Source: Candidatus Cloacimonadota bacterium (GTDB lineage Bacteria > Cloacimonadota > Cloacimonadia > G963667145). From it: a DNA stretch of 64,000 nt. Location: positions 1,056,001 to 1,120,000 of the forward strand of contig OY781092.1 in NCBI GenBank assembly GCA_963676615.1, given 5' to 3'. The stretch's first letter is position 1. Each line of letters begins with the position of its first letter. Below the pieces are notes generated by a model. It did not search any database. It saw nothing but the letters and a program-made list of their open reading frames with translations, and had not been told where the DNA came from. A program made the translations under genes and the position numbers. This document shows, in pieces, positions 60,697 to 64,000 of the stretch.

Positions 60697-61435
60697 TTAA
60701 TAAACTCTCTTCAAACTTCTCAACATAGCATCTATATGTATCATCTGAATAATGATAAGGAAGATTATTGTATTCTTCATTATTGCTGTTTGCTTTTTCT
60801 ATCAACTGATCATCTATAAATATTGATTGCAAAAAGGTATATTTTTGAGATAATTTATTAATTATACCTAAAATCACCTTCCCCCTATTTTTAAATTTTC
60901 CTCTTTCATCAAGCTTAATTGAAAAATGTATAAAATATAATGGTATATTGGGATATATTTGTTTAATTTTTTCAAAAAAAATATCATAAAATTTGAACAA
61001 CTTACTTTCTTCTAAAAGCCCTAAACATTTAAAATCTTTAGACAATAATTCATGATCAACATCACCATAATTTGCTAAAAATCTACTATTATTTGTTTGA
61101 TTTAAAAACAATTGATCTGTCAATTCACTAAATGAATCCATAACTATAATATATGGTTTTGGATATCTAAAAAAATCATCTCTTTAATGCTCTATAGCTC
61201 CTATTACAAATTTATGCTTTAAATAGTTTATTATTTCATTAGGATTTGGAGCCACTTTTTTATTTTGATTTAACTCTAGCAAATAATCAATTCTAGATTT
61301 TTGATGATTTATATAGTTTTTTTCCCATCCCATATGTTTGATAATTTCATTACCCAAACATGCAGTTCTTCCAAGAACTTTAAAAGATTTAAATCTATAA
61401 TATTTACGATATAAACTTTTTAGAGATGATTTCAA
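60683..61435 (-). pseudogene. Hypothetical protein split by one in-frame TAA (61184-61186)
   Basis: ORFs 61184-61435 and 60683-61141 are in the same frame: ..AIEH*RDDFFRYPKPYIIVMDSFSELTDQ. The intact paralog has Q at the stop position. Confidence 0.8.
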
Positions 61436-62161
61436 CTATATTTTCTCCAAATAAATATTCAAATCTTCAGGTGTACCAATTCCATGCATTTTTTCAAAAC
61501 CGATATTATAAACACCAATTCTTGCACCATTTTTGATAGCATAATTATAGACAGGACAAGTATAAAATTCGTTATTTACTCTATCATTTCTTATAATCAT
61601 ATCTATTGAGGCATTGATAAAATCTTTACCTTTTGAATATAGGTAAATTCCCACAGTTGCAAAGTCTGAGATAACAACTTTTTCTTTTACTTCAGTCACA
61701 AGATTATTTTCATCTAGTTTAGCAAACGACCATTTTGGGTCACTATGTTTATCTACAAAAGTTAAAATAGAACCATCTAAATTTCTATTTTTACAATCAT
61801 CTATAAAATCTGCAATATTCATATCTACTATTTGATCTGAATTTGCTATCAAAAGAGGCTCTTTATTATTTATATATTTTCTAGCATAAAGAACTGTACA
61901 AGCTGTGCCTTCTGTTAGTTTATCGATAGGAATAAAAACAACATTAAACTCTTCTTCTATTTGTTTCACAAGCTCAGCTTCCTTTTTCATATGTTCTTTT
62001 CTAGCTATTAAAATATATCTCGCATTAGGGTATGCAAGATTTTCTAACACCCTTACAATCATTGGTTTCCCATTAACATCTATAAACGGTTTCGGTTTTT
62101 TATATCCTGCTTTTTCAAATCTACTTCCTTGACCTGCCATTGGGATTACAATATTAATCAT
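61436..62161 (-). CDS. Nucleotidyltransferase-fold (NTP transferase/GT-A) protein
   Basis: IPMAGQGSRF..PKPFIDV, TEGTAC, IANSDQ, VKEK and NNEFY motifs. Confidence 0.85.
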   Translation of the reverse strand: MINIVIPMAGQGSRFEKAGYKKPKPFIDVNGKPMIVRVLENLAYPNARYILIARKEHMKKEAELVKQIEEEFNVVFIPIDKLTEGTACTVLYARKYINNKEPLLIANSDQIVDMNIADFIDDCKNRNLDGSILTFVDKHSDPKWSFAKLDENNLVTEVKEKVVISDFATVGIYLYSKGKDFINASIDMIIRNDRVNNEFYTCPVYNYAIKNGARIGVYNIGFEKMHGIGTPEDLNIYLEKI

Positions 62162-62489
62162 CGCTTGGTTTTCCTAAATATTTATCATTGCTTGCACCTG
62201 GGAACTTAACCACAGTATTTACAGTGTCTTCCAAGGCTTCAAAATCAGTAACTTCGTTCGGCTCAATCAAAATAATACTTCCTTTAGTATATTCAACTCC
62301 ATTCATCTTAACCGTCCCCGAAACAACTACAGTAATTTCTGTGGCTATTTTGTGATAATGACTCTGCTCAAAATCACCCTTTTTATACTTTTTTACTGCT
62401 ACTTCTACTTCATTTGTTTTTATGAGTGTCGGTTCAAAATTCCCTACAAACCAACCTCTTACCATATCTTCCAACTTAACAATCTTCAT
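62154..62489 (-). CDS. Cupin-fold protein
   Basis: GWFVGNF and HYHKIATEITVVVSG motifs; start taken at the ATG of MKIVK. Confidence 0.75.
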   Translation of the reverse strand: MKIVKLEDMVRGWFVGNFEPTLIKTNEVEVAVKKYKKGDFEQSHYHKIATEITVVVSGTVKMNGVEYTKGSIILIEPNEVTDFEALEDTVNTVVKFPGASNDKYLGKPSDD

Positions 62490-62553
62490 ACCAACCTTTC
62501 CGCTTAAAAACTTCAGCAAAAAAGCAACGCAAGTATTTTATAATTTTGCAATG

Positions 62554-63288
62554 CTAAAACCGATCTTTGTTTTTTTTATATTCCTCTATTTTCTGAGGAG
62601 TATAGAATGTATGATAATCTCCGTTATCTATTTCAAAAATATCAATTGACCTACCATCCAACAACATTTCATTTAAGCTAGGAGCAATATAATAAGAATT
62701 ATTTACACTTGCATCTTTCTTTATCATTTTTGAACATGACTTTATAAATTCACTGCCTCTTTTAAAATAATAAAATCCTGCAATAGCATTTTTACTGATA
62801 GGTCTTTTTTCAGCGGCTTCTATCATTTTTTTTTGCTCATCCACTTTTACATATGACCATCTAGGATGAACAGAATTAAAAGTAATTACACCAGCATCAC
62901 TTCCTTTAAAATATTCAACCACATCATTTAAATTTATATCAAAAAATTGATCTGCATTCGCTATTATCAAAGGATTTTCATTATCAATATATTCAACAGC
63001 CATCATAACACTACAAGCTGCACCTTTAGTCTGCTTCTCAAGTTTCACAATTTCACATGAATTATCTGTAATAATATTAAGAACATCATCTAGATGATAT
63101 TTATTAGCATCGTTACAATTAATAATAAAAACAAATTGCTTATCCCCTTGAATCAATTTAAAATTTTCCAAAACATATTCTATCATTGTCTTCCCATTAA
63201 ACTCAATTAAAGGAACAGGAAAAGGATATTCATCTTCTGGAAAAAAAAGATTTTTCCCAGCAATAGGAATAACAATATTTATCATCAT
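62554..63288 (-). CDS. Second nucleotidyltransferase-fold protein
   Basis: IPIAG, TKGAAC, IANADQ, HPRWSY and AEKRPIS motifs; paralog of 61436-62161. Confidence 0.82.
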   Translation of the reverse strand: MMINIVIPIAGKNLFFPEDEYPFPVPLIEFNGKTMIEYVLENFKLIQGDKQFVFIINCNDANKYHLDDVLNIITDNSCEIVKLEKQTKGAACSVMMAVEYIDNENPLIIANADQFFDINLNDVVEYFKGSDAGVITFNSVHPRWSYVKVDEQKKMIEAAEKRPISKNAIAGFYYFKRGSEFIKSCSKMIKKDASVNNSYYIAPSLNEMLLDGRSIDIFEIDNGDYHTFYTPQKIEEYKKNKDRF

Positions 63289-63917
63289 TTTTCTCCATCA
63301 AAAGCTTTTATATGTTTTTTTATATTTTCATAATTAACATCATTCACGCTGCCAACTACCATCACATTTGCCCCACTTGCTCGAGCAGCCTTAATCCCAT
63401 TATAATTATCTTCAACTATCAGGCACTCTTTTGGGTCCAGTTCCAATCTTTTAATCGCTTTGTTATACATTTCTGGATCTGGCTTACTTTTTTTTACATC
63501 TTCATTGGAAAAATAAAAATCAAAATATTTTTGCAAAGACGATTTCTGCAACATAATATCTATAGTGTTTTTTATTGAATTAGAACATACAGCCATGTTA
63601 TATCCGTCTTTTTTCAGCATACTTAATGCATATTCATGAAAAAATTTTGGTTTACATTTTGCATAAACTATTTCCATTGTATACTGTTGTTTCATGTCAT
63701 TTATAAAAGAATGAAGACCTTTTGGAAGCCCCCTTTCTTGCGTAAGCATTTCCAATTTTTTTTTCGTTGGAAGCCCATCATAAGTTACAAGATGATCATA
63801 CCGATTTATCTCCATTCCAAACAAACCTAAAGCTTTATTCAAAGCTTCGTAATGCCAATCCTTAGCATCAATCAGAACACCATCCATATCAAAAATTACA
63901 GCCTTAATCTTACCCAT
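63285..63917 (-). CDS. HAD-family phosphatase
   Basis: FDMDGVL, CSN, KPDPEMY and VEDNYNG motifs; ATG at 63917. Confidence 0.92.
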   Translation of the reverse strand: MGKIKAVIFDMDGVLIDAKDWHYEALNKALGLFGMEINRYDHLVTYDGLPTKKKLEMLTQERGLPKGLHSFINDMKQQYTMEIVYAKCKPKFFHEYALSMLKKDGYNMAVCSNSIKNTIDIMLQKSSLQKYFDFYFSNEDVKKSKPDPEMYNKAIKRLELDPKECLIVEDNYNGIKAARASGANVMVVGSVNDVNYENIKKHIKAFDGEK

Positions 63918-64000
63918 TAAAAAACTCCTGTGCTTCAAAAGGATTATCAGTACATATCATAATTTTGTCACTTTCAACCTCTTTTTCAATCTCTCTATAG
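63910..64000 (-). CDS. 3' end of an upstream gene, function unknown
   Basis: Open frame from the window edge (YREIEKEVESDKIMICTDNPFEAQEFFNG*) with its stop overlapping the HAD start. Confidence 0.5.
   Translation of the reverse strand, partial: YREIEKEVESDKIMICTDNPFEAQEFFNG

Overview
Bacterial chromosomal window; the IF2/NusA sequences suggest a Cloacimonadota-like lineage (inference only). Left part (1-12.6 kb): the 3' end of a radical-SAM-linked (DUF2344) gene, then an AT-rich ~4.7 kb insert carrying a 1409-aa nuclease-STAND NTPase of the Avs2 (AVAST type 2) anti-phage kind. The insert is bounded by complementary integron-like core sites (GTTAGCTG at 833, CAGCTAAC at 5502) and by paired, similarly mismatched hairpins. 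Next come a stack of IS256-family ends and fragments, an isolated nusA-ylxR-infB operon, an intact IS256-family element and a structured ~470 bp non-coding element. Middle (12.8-21.4 kb): an acyl-CoA synthetase and a regulator-TolC-MFP-RND efflux operon whose pump lacks the canonical proton-relay residues. Right part (21.4-64 kb, all minus strand, open at the window edge): a large mosaic surface-polysaccharide locus. It has two flippases, a Wzy candidate, a split-transketolase/epimerase-GT2/YfhO module, a LicD with a cytidylyltransferase-PLP fusion, a decorated pseudaminic acid pathway, gmd-fcl, GT10/GT11 fucosyltransferase-family genes, a CapA-TupA fusion and a poly-G tract. All calls come from motif recognition by eye; no database searches were run.
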